Shown here one piece after another: positions 55,379 to 64,000 of a stretch of DNA of 64,000 nt (position 1 is its first letter; every line of letters starts with the position of its first letter). Source of the DNA: a virus. The DNA lies in the IMG/VR virus record IMGVR_UViG_3300017992_000021, positions 1 to 64,000 of that record; one strand, given 5' to 3'. Under the pieces are notes generated by a model. It was not told where the DNA came from and ran no database searches. It saw only the letters and a list, made by a program, of their open reading frames with translations. A program made the position numbers and the translations under genes.

Positions 55379-56134
55379 CTACGATTGAGGCTCGGTGTCC
55401 TCATCCGAAGAGGCGTCTGCGTCTGCGCCCCCGTGAGACTCATCTTCATCAGGTTTTTCGTCCTCTGAGCCAGCGTCAACGACGTCGGAATCGGATTTTT
55501 CATTGCCATCGATTTCCGGCGCTCCAGAGTCTTCGGTCTTTTCGCCGTCGTCCGTACCGCCGTCGGAATCCTTGGGTTCTTCGTCCGTGCCGTCGTTAGG
55601 CTCTCTGGTATCACCCGTGTCGTTGTCTTCCTCGAAGGATACCTCTGGCTCGACAAGCTCGACTACAAGATCGACGGCCTTTTCAACGAGCACATCTGCC
55701 ATGGGAATATTCAAGCCGACCAAAGCGGCTTCGGCAATCGGACCAAGGGCGCGCACCAGCTTGCCCATCAGGTACATCAAGCCCTTCCACGTGTCGTAGG
55801 CATTTCGCACCGTTGCATTTTCAGCAACAAGGCGGTAGCTATGCAGCACCATGTGCACACGAGTCAGCATTTCCTGACCACGCTCTTTTTGTCCGCTCAG
55901 CAGCAACTTCTGCGCTTCTGCGTACACCTGCGCTAGCTGACCCAATCGAGAACCGAGGGTCATCTCTTTGGCGGACCCCTTCACGGAGTCCTTCACCTCG
56001 ACGATGAGGTTTTCGAATGAGGCTTTACAGAGATCGAGCGCCTCCTGCAGCGCGGGGCGCACTTTCTCAGCGATCTGCGGAAACAGGGCCTTGTTGATGC
56101 TCCCGGTTACCTCATTGTGTGAACGTTCTGGCAT
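55379..56134 (-). CDS. Hypothetical protein with acidic tail
   Basis: GGAGGAG RBS; helical body, Asp/Glu-rich C-terminus. Confidence 0.7.
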   Translation of the reverse strand: MPERSHNEVTGSINKALFPQIAEKVRPALQEALDLCKASFENLIVEVKDSVKGSAKEMTLGSRLGQLAQVYAEAQKLLLSGQKERGQEMLTRVHMVLHSYRLVAENATVRNAYDTWKGLMYLMGKLVRALGPIAEAALVGLNIPMADVLVEKAVDLVVELVEPEVSFEEDNDTGDTREPNDGTDEEPKDSDGGTDDGEKTEDSGAPEIDGNEKSDSDVVDAGSEDEKPDEDESHGGADADASSDEDTEPQS

Positions 56135-56135
56135 G

Positions 56136-56528
56136 CTACTCCTCCATACGGTTGATAATGCTTGTCACGTTTCTAACAACGTGCTTGTGTGTATCCTTCT
56201 TGAAGGCTAGTGCGCCCTCGATAGCTTTAATCACGGTCTCCGTATCCTTGTACCGTCCGGGCGCCTTCTTGAGTTGCTGCTGCGCGAACTTCACCGCGAT
56301 AGCCAATTTGTCATTCGGACCGGGCTGCATGCCGGATTTCTTCATCACCTTCTGAGCCCACTCATTAGCGGCATCGACGGCCATATCGATAATAGCGTCG
56401 TACTTGTCCGGCCAACGGGACTTCAACCACGTGCGCAGCCAGCCAGCGCCAGCGATAATTAAAGTCGCCACTACAGCGGCGATCGTATGTTCCCAGTTGA
56501 ATGAAGTTTCAGTGAGCAAGGTCAGCAT
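56136..56528 (-). CDS. Holin-like membrane protein (one transmembrane segment)
   Basis: Transmembrane segment, then AVDAANE...GPNDKLAIA...IEGAL pattern of LL-H-type holins. Confidence 0.65.
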   Translation of the reverse strand: MLTLLTETSFNWEHTIAAVVATLIIAGAGWLRTWLKSRWPDKYDAIIDMAVDAANEWAQKVMKKSGMQPGPNDKLAIAVKFAQQQLKKAPGRYKDTETVIKAIEGALAFKKDTHKHVVRNVTSIINRMEE

Positions 56529-56541
56529 ATCTGTCTCCTTA

Positions 56542-56572
56542 AAAAACCACCCGGACATTATGCCGGGTGGTT
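56542..56572 (-). terminator. Intrinsic terminator after the lipoprotein gene
   Basis: AACCACCCGG-loop-CCGGGTGGTT + T run. Confidence 0.75.
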
Positions 56573-56634
56573 CATTGGCGGACAAGAGATAATGCGCTAC
56601 TTCTTAGCGACCTCTCTTGAATTCAAGGTTCCGA

Positions 56635-56940
56635 TTACTCGTCCTCCTTGTTCTTTTCCTTGGCATTGGCCAAAGCCTCTTCAGCCAAAGCAAGGTGAGC
56701 CTCAGTTAGCATGGTGCGAGACAGGCCCTCTGCACTGTCCCAGTTACCGTGCCATGAGTTGTCCCCGGCCTTCGCAGCATCGAGCATCAAAGCCGCACTT
56801 TTAGTGTCGGCGTCAATCTGCTTGGCGTTTTCCACAAGCTGTTGAGCTATGCGGACGTCAATGGGTTCCGACGTTTGAAACAGAGCGCACCCACTGAGCA
56901 GTAGGGGCAACACGAGCAAAGCTAAGAACTGCAGTCGCAT
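56635..56940 (-). CDS. Small lipoprotein
   Basis: Signal peptide with LSG-C lipobox; GGAGGAG RBS. Confidence 0.8.
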   Translation of the reverse strand: MRLQFLALLVLPLLLSGCALFQTSEPIDVRIAQQLVENAKQIDADTKSAALMLDAAKAGDNSWHGNWDSAEGLSRTMLTEAHLALAEEALANAKEKNKEDE

Positions 56941-57029
56941 GAGTCTCCTCCATCGTTAATGTGGTAATGGTCTGCACTAATGTGGTAATCCGCGCACCAC
57001 ATTACCTCGTTCTGTGGTGTTGGCAAGAC

Positions 57030-57063
57030 AAAAGTGAAACCGGCCCACGCGGGCCGGTTTCAC
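57030..57063 (-). terminator. Intrinsic terminator
   Basis: GTGAAACCGGCCC-loop-GGGCCGGTTTCAC + TTTT. Confidence 0.75.
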
Positions 57064-57095
57064 AGGTTTCGGAGATGCAATGTCTACGAGCATCG

Positions 57096-57302
57096 TCAGT
57101 CAGTATACGATTCGCCGGTCAAACGGGCAAGCTGTATCCGTAGCTCCTCGCGGGTCATGGCGCTCATGCGGATCGTGGCCAAGAAGGCTTTCTCGCGCCA
57201 GTTCTCCACGCACGCCTCCCTGTAGAACTTGCGCAAGTACCTGCCAATGTACGACGGCTCGAAGTGTTCGGACTGGCTGGTCTTAGTGTGGAATCTCCCC
57301 AT
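57096..57302 (-). CDS. Hypothetical protein
   Basis: ORF filling the gap before the terminator. Confidence 0.5.
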   Translation of the reverse strand: MGRFHTKTSQSEHFEPSYIGRYLRKFYREACVENWREKAFLATIRMSAMTREELRIQLARLTGESYTD

Positions 57303-57319
57303 GCTCTCTGGTGGGCGCT

Positions 57320-57463
57320 CTAGTCCTTCTTCTTTTTCTTACGACCCTTACCAGCCTTGTCCATGGCGATCGCAACGGCCTGCTTTTTCGGCTTACCGGA
57401 ACGGATGAGTTCCGCCACGTTGTCGCTGATGGTCTTCTTGGACTTACCTTTCTTAAGCGGCAT
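57320..57463 (-). CDS. Small basic conserved phage protein (47 aa)
   Basis: Hand translation MPLKKGKSKKTISDNVAELIRSGKPKKQAVAIAMDKAGKGRKKKK...; motif recurrent in phage head regions; GGAGG RBS. Confidence 0.75.
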   Translation of the reverse strand: MPLKKGKSKKTISDNVAELIRSGKPKKQAVAIAMDKAGKGRKKKKKD

Positions 57464-58070
57464 CGTCTTCCTCCGCATCAAGTTCTCGCAGTAGCGTGCG
57501 TAGCTCAGACCGTTTCTCCGTCGGCAGCTTCTTGACGATCTTGCGGGTCTGCCTAAAATCCTCCGGCTTGTCTTCCTTCTTGAAGAGGGCCTTCAGTGCT
57601 GCCTCAAGCCCGTGCGGCTGATCTCTGTCGGAGAGATTACGCCGGGCAAGGAAACGGTAAAGCAGATGCATAAGCGGAACACGCAGGCCGAGGTCCTCCA
57701 TGTTCTCTATCACGCTGGTGAGTTCAGTCAAGGCAATGTACGCATAAACCGCTGACGGGATCATGCTCAAGAGCGGCACCGCGATCTGCGTTTGTTGGGC
57801 TACAAGGATTAACGCGCAGTACAGCAGCAGTTTTCCGATGCCACTCACGAAAGCCCGGCTTGACAGATTTCGATTCTTGATAGCGCGTGAAATTCCAAGC
57901 AACCAATCAAGAGCCCACACAATACCAAGCGCAATGAGCGGTGCGGTGTCATCCACCATCACGTGCCCGTAGACAACTATCGGTGAGGATACGAGTAATT
58001 TCGGTAAAGCTCCTGCAGCTAGCTGACCTGCGCTGCCGAGAAGACCGGAAAATACGCCATCCATGCGCAT
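57453..58070 (-). CDS. Holin (phage holin 4_1-like)
   Basis: DWLLGISRA...SSRAFVSGIGKL...TELTSVIENMEDLG; multiple transmembrane segments. Confidence 0.8.
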   Translation of the reverse strand: MRMDGVFSGLLGSAGQLAAGALPKLLVSSPIVVYGHVMVDDTAPLIALGIVWALDWLLGISRAIKNRNLSSRAFVSGIGKLLLYCALILVAQQTQIAVPLLSMIPSAVYAYIALTELTSVIENMEDLGLRVPLMHLLYRFLARRNLSDRDQPHGLEAALKALFKKEDKPEDFRQTRKIVKKLPTEKRSELRTLLRELDAEEDDAA

Positions 58071-58112
58071 GCTCCATCCCTCCTTGCCCTTCTAGGACAA
58101 AGAGCCTCGCTG

Positions 58113-59468
58113 TTACTGCTTGCGAGTGCCGTCGTCACGCCATACCGGAAGCACGCGGTCGATCTGGACATCTTCCACTGCCGCGCGATAGCGGAACGGT
58201 ACACCGGTGAAGAGACCGGTTTTGTCCGCACCAGCGGCGAGGCTGATGACAACAGGTGTCACGACCAAACGCTTATCCAGAGGTGTGGCGTTTAATGGCG
58301 CATCGTCAAGGTTGATTGTGCAAAGATCATGGGTGCCAAGGACAAGCGGGCCGCCGGTCATTTCAATCGTCATGAGGCCCGCCCCATCCAGTGAGAGCGT
58401 GTTGACTGTCAGAGCACCATCCACCTTGGTAACAGTAGCCGAGGCGTATTCGGGCGCGAACCCGCTGATGGTCAAGTCCACAGTATCAATCGACATCACC
58501 TCACCTATCACAAGTTGCACCTTGAACTTGGCAGGTACCGCATCGAGAGTGACTGGGACAATCTGGAGCTTGTTTGCGTAGACGCTGTAATCACCGTAGT
58601 CATCCTGCATGTCGGTGAGCACAAGTGACGGTTCGTAACCATGACCCAGCATCCACGCCTGCCATAGATTGGCCTCTAACGAAACCTTGCCGATGTTGCG
58701 ATCGTACAGGTTTTGCAGAGCATTCCACGCAGGCTCGACGCCGGTCGTGTCTTGGTTGAGAACTTCCATGGCCGCAGCGAACGGCTTGGAGATGCCTTCC
58801 GCCTCAGCCAGCCATGAGCGTATTTCGATTTCCGTAACGAAACCCGGCTGGTGCTTGAGGTCGCGAAGGTTGTTCGCGGTGATCCGCAAGCCAGCGTCAC
58901 TGGGGTCGTTGACGCCGTTCCAGTTGTCGCTCTGGTACATACGTACGATGGCGACAGCGAGACGAGCGCGATCAGAAGAAGCATCGTAAACCTCGCGGGC
59001 GGTTGAGGGTAGACCGAGCCCTTGCAGGTACGTGCGAATATCGGCGGCAGTCTTACTGTAGGACTGCACTTGGTTCTGCATCTCAACGAAGAACTCGAAC
59101 GCGCGGATACCGTTTTCATGCTGGAGCTTCAAGCTCGCAAGCGGCACCTGCGCAAAGTCCGTAGCGAGATCCGCGTGCGGGAATGAAGCAGCCGCTTGCA
59201 GCGTGATCGAACGGATCAGGCCGTAGCGTGCTACGAGTCCGTAGATGCGCTTCATGCCGTGGCTCAGACCATTGAACTGGTCGAACTTAATCGCGCCGAA
59301 AGTCGTATTGAGGTCGTCCTCAATGTGGCCTTCTGCCGTCGCCGGGGTAGCAGTGAACTGGGCTGCGCCATAGACCGCCAGCATTTTCAGATACTCAGCA
59401 CTGGACTTGTCGTGCTGTACAGTTAATAGCCCGCCTTTAAACAGTACGGTGTCTGGCGTAGTCGGCAT
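58113..59468 (-). CDS. Hypothetical protein, helical N-terminus plus beta-sandwich-like C-terminus
   Basis: 451-aa ORF with GGGAG RBS, between portal and holin. Confidence 0.7.
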   Translation of the reverse strand: MPTTPDTVLFKGGLLTVQHDKSSAEYLKMLAVYGAAQFTATPATAEGHIEDDLNTTFGAIKFDQFNGLSHGMKRIYGLVARYGLIRSITLQAAASFPHADLATDFAQVPLASLKLQHENGIRAFEFFVEMQNQVQSYSKTAADIRTYLQGLGLPSTAREVYDASSDRARLAVAIVRMYQSDNWNGVNDPSDAGLRITANNLRDLKHQPGFVTEIEIRSWLAEAEGISKPFAAAMEVLNQDTTGVEPAWNALQNLYDRNIGKVSLEANLWQAWMLGHGYEPSLVLTDMQDDYGDYSVYANKLQIVPVTLDAVPAKFKVQLVIGEVMSIDTVDLTISGFAPEYASATVTKVDGALTVNTLSLDGAGLMTIEMTGGPLVLGTHDLCTINLDDAPLNATPLDKRLVVTPVVISLAAGADKTGLFTGVPFRYRAAVEDVQIDRVLPVWRDDGTRKQ

Positions 59469-59479
59469 TTTTTACTCCC

Positions 59480-61450
59480 TCAAAAAGACGCGAGTTCGTT
59501 ATTTCGTGTGGACATTTCCGCAACCTGATCGCTCATATCTCCGGTCGCTACATCCTGCGGCGGGGTTTCATCTCCGGGTAGCGCCACTCCTCCTAAACCA
59601 AATGGGGTGGCGTCCTGAAACAATTCCCCCTCCTCTTGTATACGTTTAATCTCCGCGATTGCTTCTTCTTCACTTCTGCCGTCCACTTCTGTGAGGAATG
59701 TGTACAGCGAGAGGCTTGATTTACCGCCTAAACGGTCGATTGACTGAGAGACGTCCTGCGGAAGCGCGGGCATCATCTGAATATCAATGTCATTTTCCCG
59801 AATTACCGCTTGAACCGCGACGTGGCGGTTTTCGATCTCCTGCAGCTGGTTCTGGGTAACCAGATAATCGAGTTCCTCAGTATTTCCAGCCTTTGTCGGG
59901 TCTTCGATAAACAGCCCGAGCGGAGCGTCCTTCAAGACCTCCACTTTCTGGAATACTTCGTTGAAACTCTTCAAAGAGATCCGCACAGCGTTGCTCTCTA
60001 TGAATTTCTGGATCAGGCGAGCCTTTTCCTTGATCTCTTCGGCGGCGCCTTCCATCTGCGCCCGCTCCATAACGCTTTCGGCCACCTTGAAGTCACTGTA
60101 ATAATCGATCGCGCTGATTATCACGAAAATCAAGCGTTGCAGGGAAGACTTGATATTCCCCCTACGCCGGTTGACCTTGTTCAGCGTTGGTGTCAGCTTC
60201 AATTTGTAGGCGACACCAGTCTCTACGGCGTCGGCCTTCTTGGAGCTTAGCAGGACAGGAGCGGTCTGACTCTCCGTAGCAATCATGTCGAGAATGAATT
60301 CCCGGTTGCTCTCCGAGCCCGCAATATCCGCCTGCGGTTGCAGGTAATCCGGTGTGAACTTATCTTGAGGCCGCACGAGAATGACGCCCTCTCGCGGTAC
60401 ACGATAGAACGTCTTGCCGGTAGACGGGTCGAAGGTGACCGCCGTTTCACTGACCATCATTTGCGGACCAGCGTATTTGTTGAGGAGTTCGCCCTCTCGC
60501 GATGCACGATCGTTAAACGAGAGGTTGTGGTCGATGACGCCATCCCACTCACTCTGGAAGGTACCGAGCGTGATCTTGTTTGGCAGGATGACGATCGCGA
60601 AGTCTTGCAGGCCGGTCACTACGACGCGCTTGAGATCCGGCTTGTAGTACTCAAGCGGGACCTCCGCTACGATTTCGCGGCCCTTCACGGCCCACAGGTA
60701 ATTCTCGTAGTATCCCTTGAAGTGGCGTTCCTCGAAGATGAACTTATCAAAGCCGCCGCTTCCGTGAGACTCGTGCGGGATGCCCTTGATTTTCTGCCAA
60801 TCCCGAATGTCCTTCTTGGGGATTGGGATCTTCTTGGATATGCAGGTCCAGTCGTTGTCCTTGTTCTTCGGGAACGACACCCACAGGAACTGAGGCAGGA
60901 CTCGCTGTAATTCCAGCGTGCCGGAATCCTTGTCAACGATCACCTGCACGCCAATATAGCTGAGGGCGCTGGCTTCGAACAACCACTCGTAGATGCTCTC
61001 ACCAATTTGCATGTCATCGTTGAGCAGCGTATCGATCTCGTCGATGCCGGTCTTGATCTTTACACCGCCACCGGCAATCAGGTCTGTCTGGGCCTGCGAT
61101 ATCAGCTTGAGGAAGTTGTAGGCTTGGTACTTGGTCTGCTGATCGACCATGCCGCCTACGCGTTGCTTGTACCACTCCGGTTGGAGGAATTTCACACCCT
61201 CCATCAGAATGCGGGAATATTGAGCTAGCTTCTTGCGTTGCGCTTCGTCCTCTTTCGTACACCAGTACCGCTTGACTTTTCCATCCTTGTTACGGGTGAT
61301 GTACGTTGGATCACGCTGCGTGAGATGGGATCTCTCGAACACGGCGTCGTCACGGATCGCCTCAGCGATCTGATCGATGTAACGCGAGAACCGGATGGAG
61401 ATCCTCAGCGTGTTTGCAAATGCGTTAGCTACGTTGAGAGTTCCCGGCAT
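59480..61450 (-). CDS. Portal protein (SPP1 gp6-like)
   Basis: YNFLKLI; ETGVAYKLKL; EAIAEIKRIQEE; downstream of the terminase. Confidence 0.85.
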   Translation of the reverse strand: MPGTLNVANAFANTLRISIRFSRYIDQIAEAIRDDAVFERSHLTQRDPTYITRNKDGKVKRYWCTKEDEAQRKKLAQYSRILMEGVKFLQPEWYKQRVGGMVDQQTKYQAYNFLKLISQAQTDLIAGGGVKIKTGIDEIDTLLNDDMQIGESIYEWLFEASALSYIGVQVIVDKDSGTLELQRVLPQFLWVSFPKNKDNDWTCISKKIPIPKKDIRDWQKIKGIPHESHGSGGFDKFIFEERHFKGYYENYLWAVKGREIVAEVPLEYYKPDLKRVVVTGLQDFAIVILPNKITLGTFQSEWDGVIDHNLSFNDRASREGELLNKYAGPQMMVSETAVTFDPSTGKTFYRVPREGVILVRPQDKFTPDYLQPQADIAGSESNREFILDMIATESQTAPVLLSSKKADAVETGVAYKLKLTPTLNKVNRRRGNIKSSLQRLIFVIISAIDYYSDFKVAESVMERAQMEGAAEEIKEKARLIQKFIESNAVRISLKSFNEVFQKVEVLKDAPLGLFIEDPTKAGNTEELDYLVTQNQLQEIENRHVAVQAVIRENDIDIQMMPALPQDVSQSIDRLGGKSSLSLYTFLTEVDGRSEEEAIAEIKRIQEEGELFQDATPFGLGGVALPGDETPPQDVATGDMSDQVAEMSTRNNELASF

Positions 61451-61459
61451 GATTTACCT

Positions 61460-61642
61460 CTACGGTACGGCAGGCTTCTGGATGACGAATACCAACTCTT
61501 TCTCAGTCGGTAGGTACGTGGTCGAGACCACGATAGCATCCTGATCCACTGCTGCAACTGCCGCATCCAAAGCCGTCTTCATGGCGGCCTCCGCAACGTG
61601 AGCGTTTATGCGGAAAATCGTGTAGGTGGCAGGTGTCGCCAT
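61460..61642 (-). CDS. Hypothetical protein
   Basis: AAGGA RBS. Confidence 0.6.
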   Translation of the reverse strand: MATPATYTIFRINAHVAEAAMKTALDAAVAAVDQDAIVVSTTYLPTEKELVFVIQKPAVP

Positions 61643-61724
61643 GGCTGTTTTCCTTCAATATTGAAAGCGGGGACGGCGAACGCCCCCGCTCGGTCATTTG
61701 ACAAGAACCAGCGGGGTCAGGAAA

Positions 61725-62045
61725 TTATCCTTCGCCTCCGCTCGGTACAAGGTCGCGCTGCTGTTCCGCACCGGGAGCAGTTGCGGCGATTTCTTGCTTG
61801 GCCTCATCCAAAAGGATAACAGCGTTTTCGATCTTGGCTTCAGTCTCTTCACCGACCTGTGGGGCGGCCTGCGCAGCTTCAAGCGCCTCCATGGCGCCAG
61901 CCTCTGCAACATTCAGACTTTCAACAGCCTTTTGCTCGACCTCTGCTTCCGCTGGCTGGGCGGGTACGCTCGGGGCCATCTTACCGGCCAAGTTTCCTGT
62001 CGGATTACCGGGGTTTGGCGTCATTCCGCCTTGGTCCATCGGCAT
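61725..62045 (-). CDS. Hypothetical Ala/Glu-rich protein
   Basis: GAGGAG RBS; followed by a hairpin at 61664-61691. Confidence 0.65.
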   Translation of the reverse strand: MPMDQGGMTPNPGNPTGNLAGKMAPSVPAQPAEAEVEQKAVESLNVAEAGAMEALEAAQAAPQVGEETEAKIENAVILLDEAKQEIAATAPGAEQQRDLVPSGGEG

Positions 62046-62115
62046 TTTTCTCTCCTCTTGTCAAAGTTAAAACGGTCCTGCACATTATCTACGACCAGAG
62101 GCATTATGAAGTATT

Positions 62116-64000
62116 TTACGGTTGTCCGTCAATGGCGTAGAAAGGCATCTTTGGAGGTGCGCCCTGCTGTTCCTTCGCTGTGCGCCAGTTCTGCATGGCG
62201 ATGTGCTCGTCCACACCCTCTTCCCGCGTCTGCTGGGTGACGAAAGAATACATGTCCGGATTACGCTTCAAAAGGTGTTTAATAGCCATTTGCGCGGCGA
62301 TACCACGATTGAGATCCAGCGAGAGGCGCTGTAAAAAGGCAAGACAGTCCACCGTACCATCCACGGTATCGTCGTGTGCCGCCTGCGGGAATTTCGTGAG
62401 TTCCTCAAAACATTCATCGATGTCTTTTTTCGCTAAAGACGGATGCGAGGTGAGCGGGATATAGAATTGACCACGTTCTACGAGCGGGGACACTCCCAGA
62501 GCACGCGTGGTCTTGTCAGTCTTGCCACGCTTAACCTCGAACACTGGTGCGAAAAATCCAAACATGACGGATAATTCGTTGAGCGTGTCAGCAAGTACCT
62601 TCTGGTATGCCACACTCTCCACGAGGAAACCCATGTGCCGGAAGGGTCTCGTACCTTCGACAACCGGATCGCCTTCGCCTACCTTCCCCGACGGCCAGTA
62701 CCGCCCACCGAATTGATGGTTGTACGCAACGAAGTGCTTGAACATCAAGCGCATCTGCGTAGCAAAGCTGGCCCGCACACGATCGACGTCCACCAGATAA
62801 TACCGACGCTGGTTGGGGGAATACCCCGCCGTAACGATCGCTGTGTAATCCCGGTCAGATTTCTCTGCGGATTTTCCACGTGAACCGGCAGGATCGATCG
62901 CAGTAACAACGATGAGGTCATCAGGCAGAATCTCGTAATGCATGCCCACCGAACGCAAGTACTCCTCTTGCATGGGCGTGAAGAACGTAGCATCCGAAAT
63001 CCAGTATCGGAACCAATCGGGGTGGAAATACCTTGTGCTGTCGTCCAGCGGATTAAGTAAGAACTCCTTCGAGAACGCCAGCGAGCCAATGTCGTTCTTT
63101 TTCCAGTACAGATACGAGAGATAATAAATCTCATCCGGATCTGCGGTGCGGAGTTCCTCATCCGTGTACGGCCTGCCGGTACGGTCTACCGGGCGGTTCA
63201 TATCAGGCTGCGACCAGTATTCCGGCCACAATGGGTTGACTGGGTTCAATTGCTCATCGAACCCATCACACGCAGGCATCTTGACCTTCATCCACAACGC
63301 CGTGCGGGTGGTGTCTTTCCACAACCGCATAACGAGGTCGTCGTCATGAACGGTCGTGCCTACGATAATGATGTTGCCGACGCCAGTCTCGGGCACGTTG
63401 TAGGCTGCACTGAAGAACCAGTTCCACAGCTTGTCACGCACCTCCTGCGTTTTGACGTCCTTGTCTTCGATGACGTCATCGAAGATCAGCAGGTCGGGGC
63501 GGTACGATTTCAGCGTACGGTACCTAACTCGACCTCGCCGGTCACGCTTGATGAAATCCCGAGCTAGATCCTCGGGCAGCGATTCGTTGGTACCACGGAC
63601 AGACCCGCCGACACCTGCGGTGAACACAACGACCTGATTGGTTGTCTTGATGTAGCGGGTACGCCACGTCTCTTTCTGGTTGATCCTGTCAAATCCAACC
63701 AAGTCACCGAAGCACGCCCGAATGCGATGATTGTGCTCCAGTTCAGTCCTGATTTTGTTGAGGAACTTCTCAGCGTTGGGTGCCGTAGTGGAAACGATGC
63801 CAATGTGGCGCTTGCGCCGGTAGCAGATATTCCACAGGACGTAGGCGAAATTGAATAGCGTTGATTTTCCATGCTCACGTGGGAGTAAGAACAGCGCGTG
63901 TCTGCCGGGCCTCAGGTTCTGCAGGTCCTTCTGTATTTTCCTGTGGAAATTACCGAAGTCCCGCGTGAAGTGCTCTCTCAGAAAATACCGGCAGAAAAAT
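62116..64000 (-). CDS. terL: Terminase large subunit (5' end outside the window)
   Basis: Frame open to the window edge. Walker A PREHGKST (hand-translated); LLIFDD; VGT; AIDPA; HDDTVD nuclease motif. Confidence 0.93.
   Translation of the reverse strand, partial: FFCRYFLREHFTRDFGNFHRKIQKDLQNLRPGRHALFLLPREHGKSTLFNFAYVLWNICYRRKRHIGIVSTTAPNAEKFLNKIRTELEHNHRIRACFGDLVGFDRINQKETWRTRYIKTTNQVVVFTAGVGGSVRGTNESLPEDLARDFIKRDRRGRVRYRTLKSYRPDLLIFDDVIEDKDVKTQEVRDKLWNWFFSAAYNVPETGVGNIIIVGTTVHDDDLVMRLWKDTTRTALWMKVKMPACDGFDEQLNPVNPLWPEYWSQPDMNRPVDRTGRPYTDEELRTADPDEIYYLSYLYWKKNDIGSLAFSKEFLLNPLDDSTRYFHPDWFRYWISDATFFTPMQEEYLRSVGMHYEILPDDLIVVTAIDPAGSRGKSAEKSDRDYTAIVTAGYSPNQRRYYLVDVDRVRASFATQMRLMFKHFVAYNHQFGGRYWPSGKVGEGDPVVEGTRPFRHMGFLVESVAYQKVLADTLNELSVMFGFFAPVFEVKRGKTDKTTRALGVSPLVERGQFYIPLTSHPSLAKKDIDECFEELTKFPQAAHDDTVDGTVDCLAFLQRLSLDLNRGIAAQMAIKHLLKRNPDMYSFVTQQTREEGVDEHIAMQNWRTAKEQQGAPPKMPFYAIDGQP

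Noticed and set aside
1-64000. Stop-codon reassignment
   Set aside because: Genes are full length and tightly packed under the standard code, with TAA, TAG and TGA all used as stops
1-64000. Prophage boundaries or lysogeny module
   Set aside because: No integrase, att site or host housekeeping genes visible; lifestyle cannot be determined from this window

Overview
This window is about 64 kb of a tailed dsDNA bacteriophage (Caudoviricetes). The layout is siphovirus-like: a 2960-aa tape measure and no recognisable tail sheath. Both ends are truncated. Four modules are visible. (1) 1-4600, minus strand: small early/accessory genes including a radical SAM enzyme, and a ~650-nt non-coding, densely base-paired region that looks like a large structured RNA flanked by basic proteins. 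(2) 4600-9430: an AT-rich 11-bp-period repeat array, a leftward helicase-primase operon, a palindromic back-to-back promoter, and an HTH initiator-like gene followed by a 22-bp iteron array. (3) 9431-23288, plus strand: recombination/replication genes (UvsW-like helicase, RecA/UvsX-like, 5'-3' exonuclease, SbcCD-like pair, ThyX, RuvC-like, truncated sigma-like factor). No DNA polymerase is present, and an antisense vWA + lipoprotein cassette with its own promoter interrupts the module. (4) 23285-64000, minus strand: terminase, portal, holin/lipoprotein block, minor head, scaffold, capsid, neck, tail tube, chaperones, tape measure and tail-tip genes. The best candidates for undescribed biology are the large structured RNA with its basic neighbours, the two-state RNA leader plus iteron origin around the HTH gene, the hub protein carrying an internal HxH spike motif, and the vWA/lipoprotein moron. 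All assignments come from reading motifs by eye; no database searches were run.
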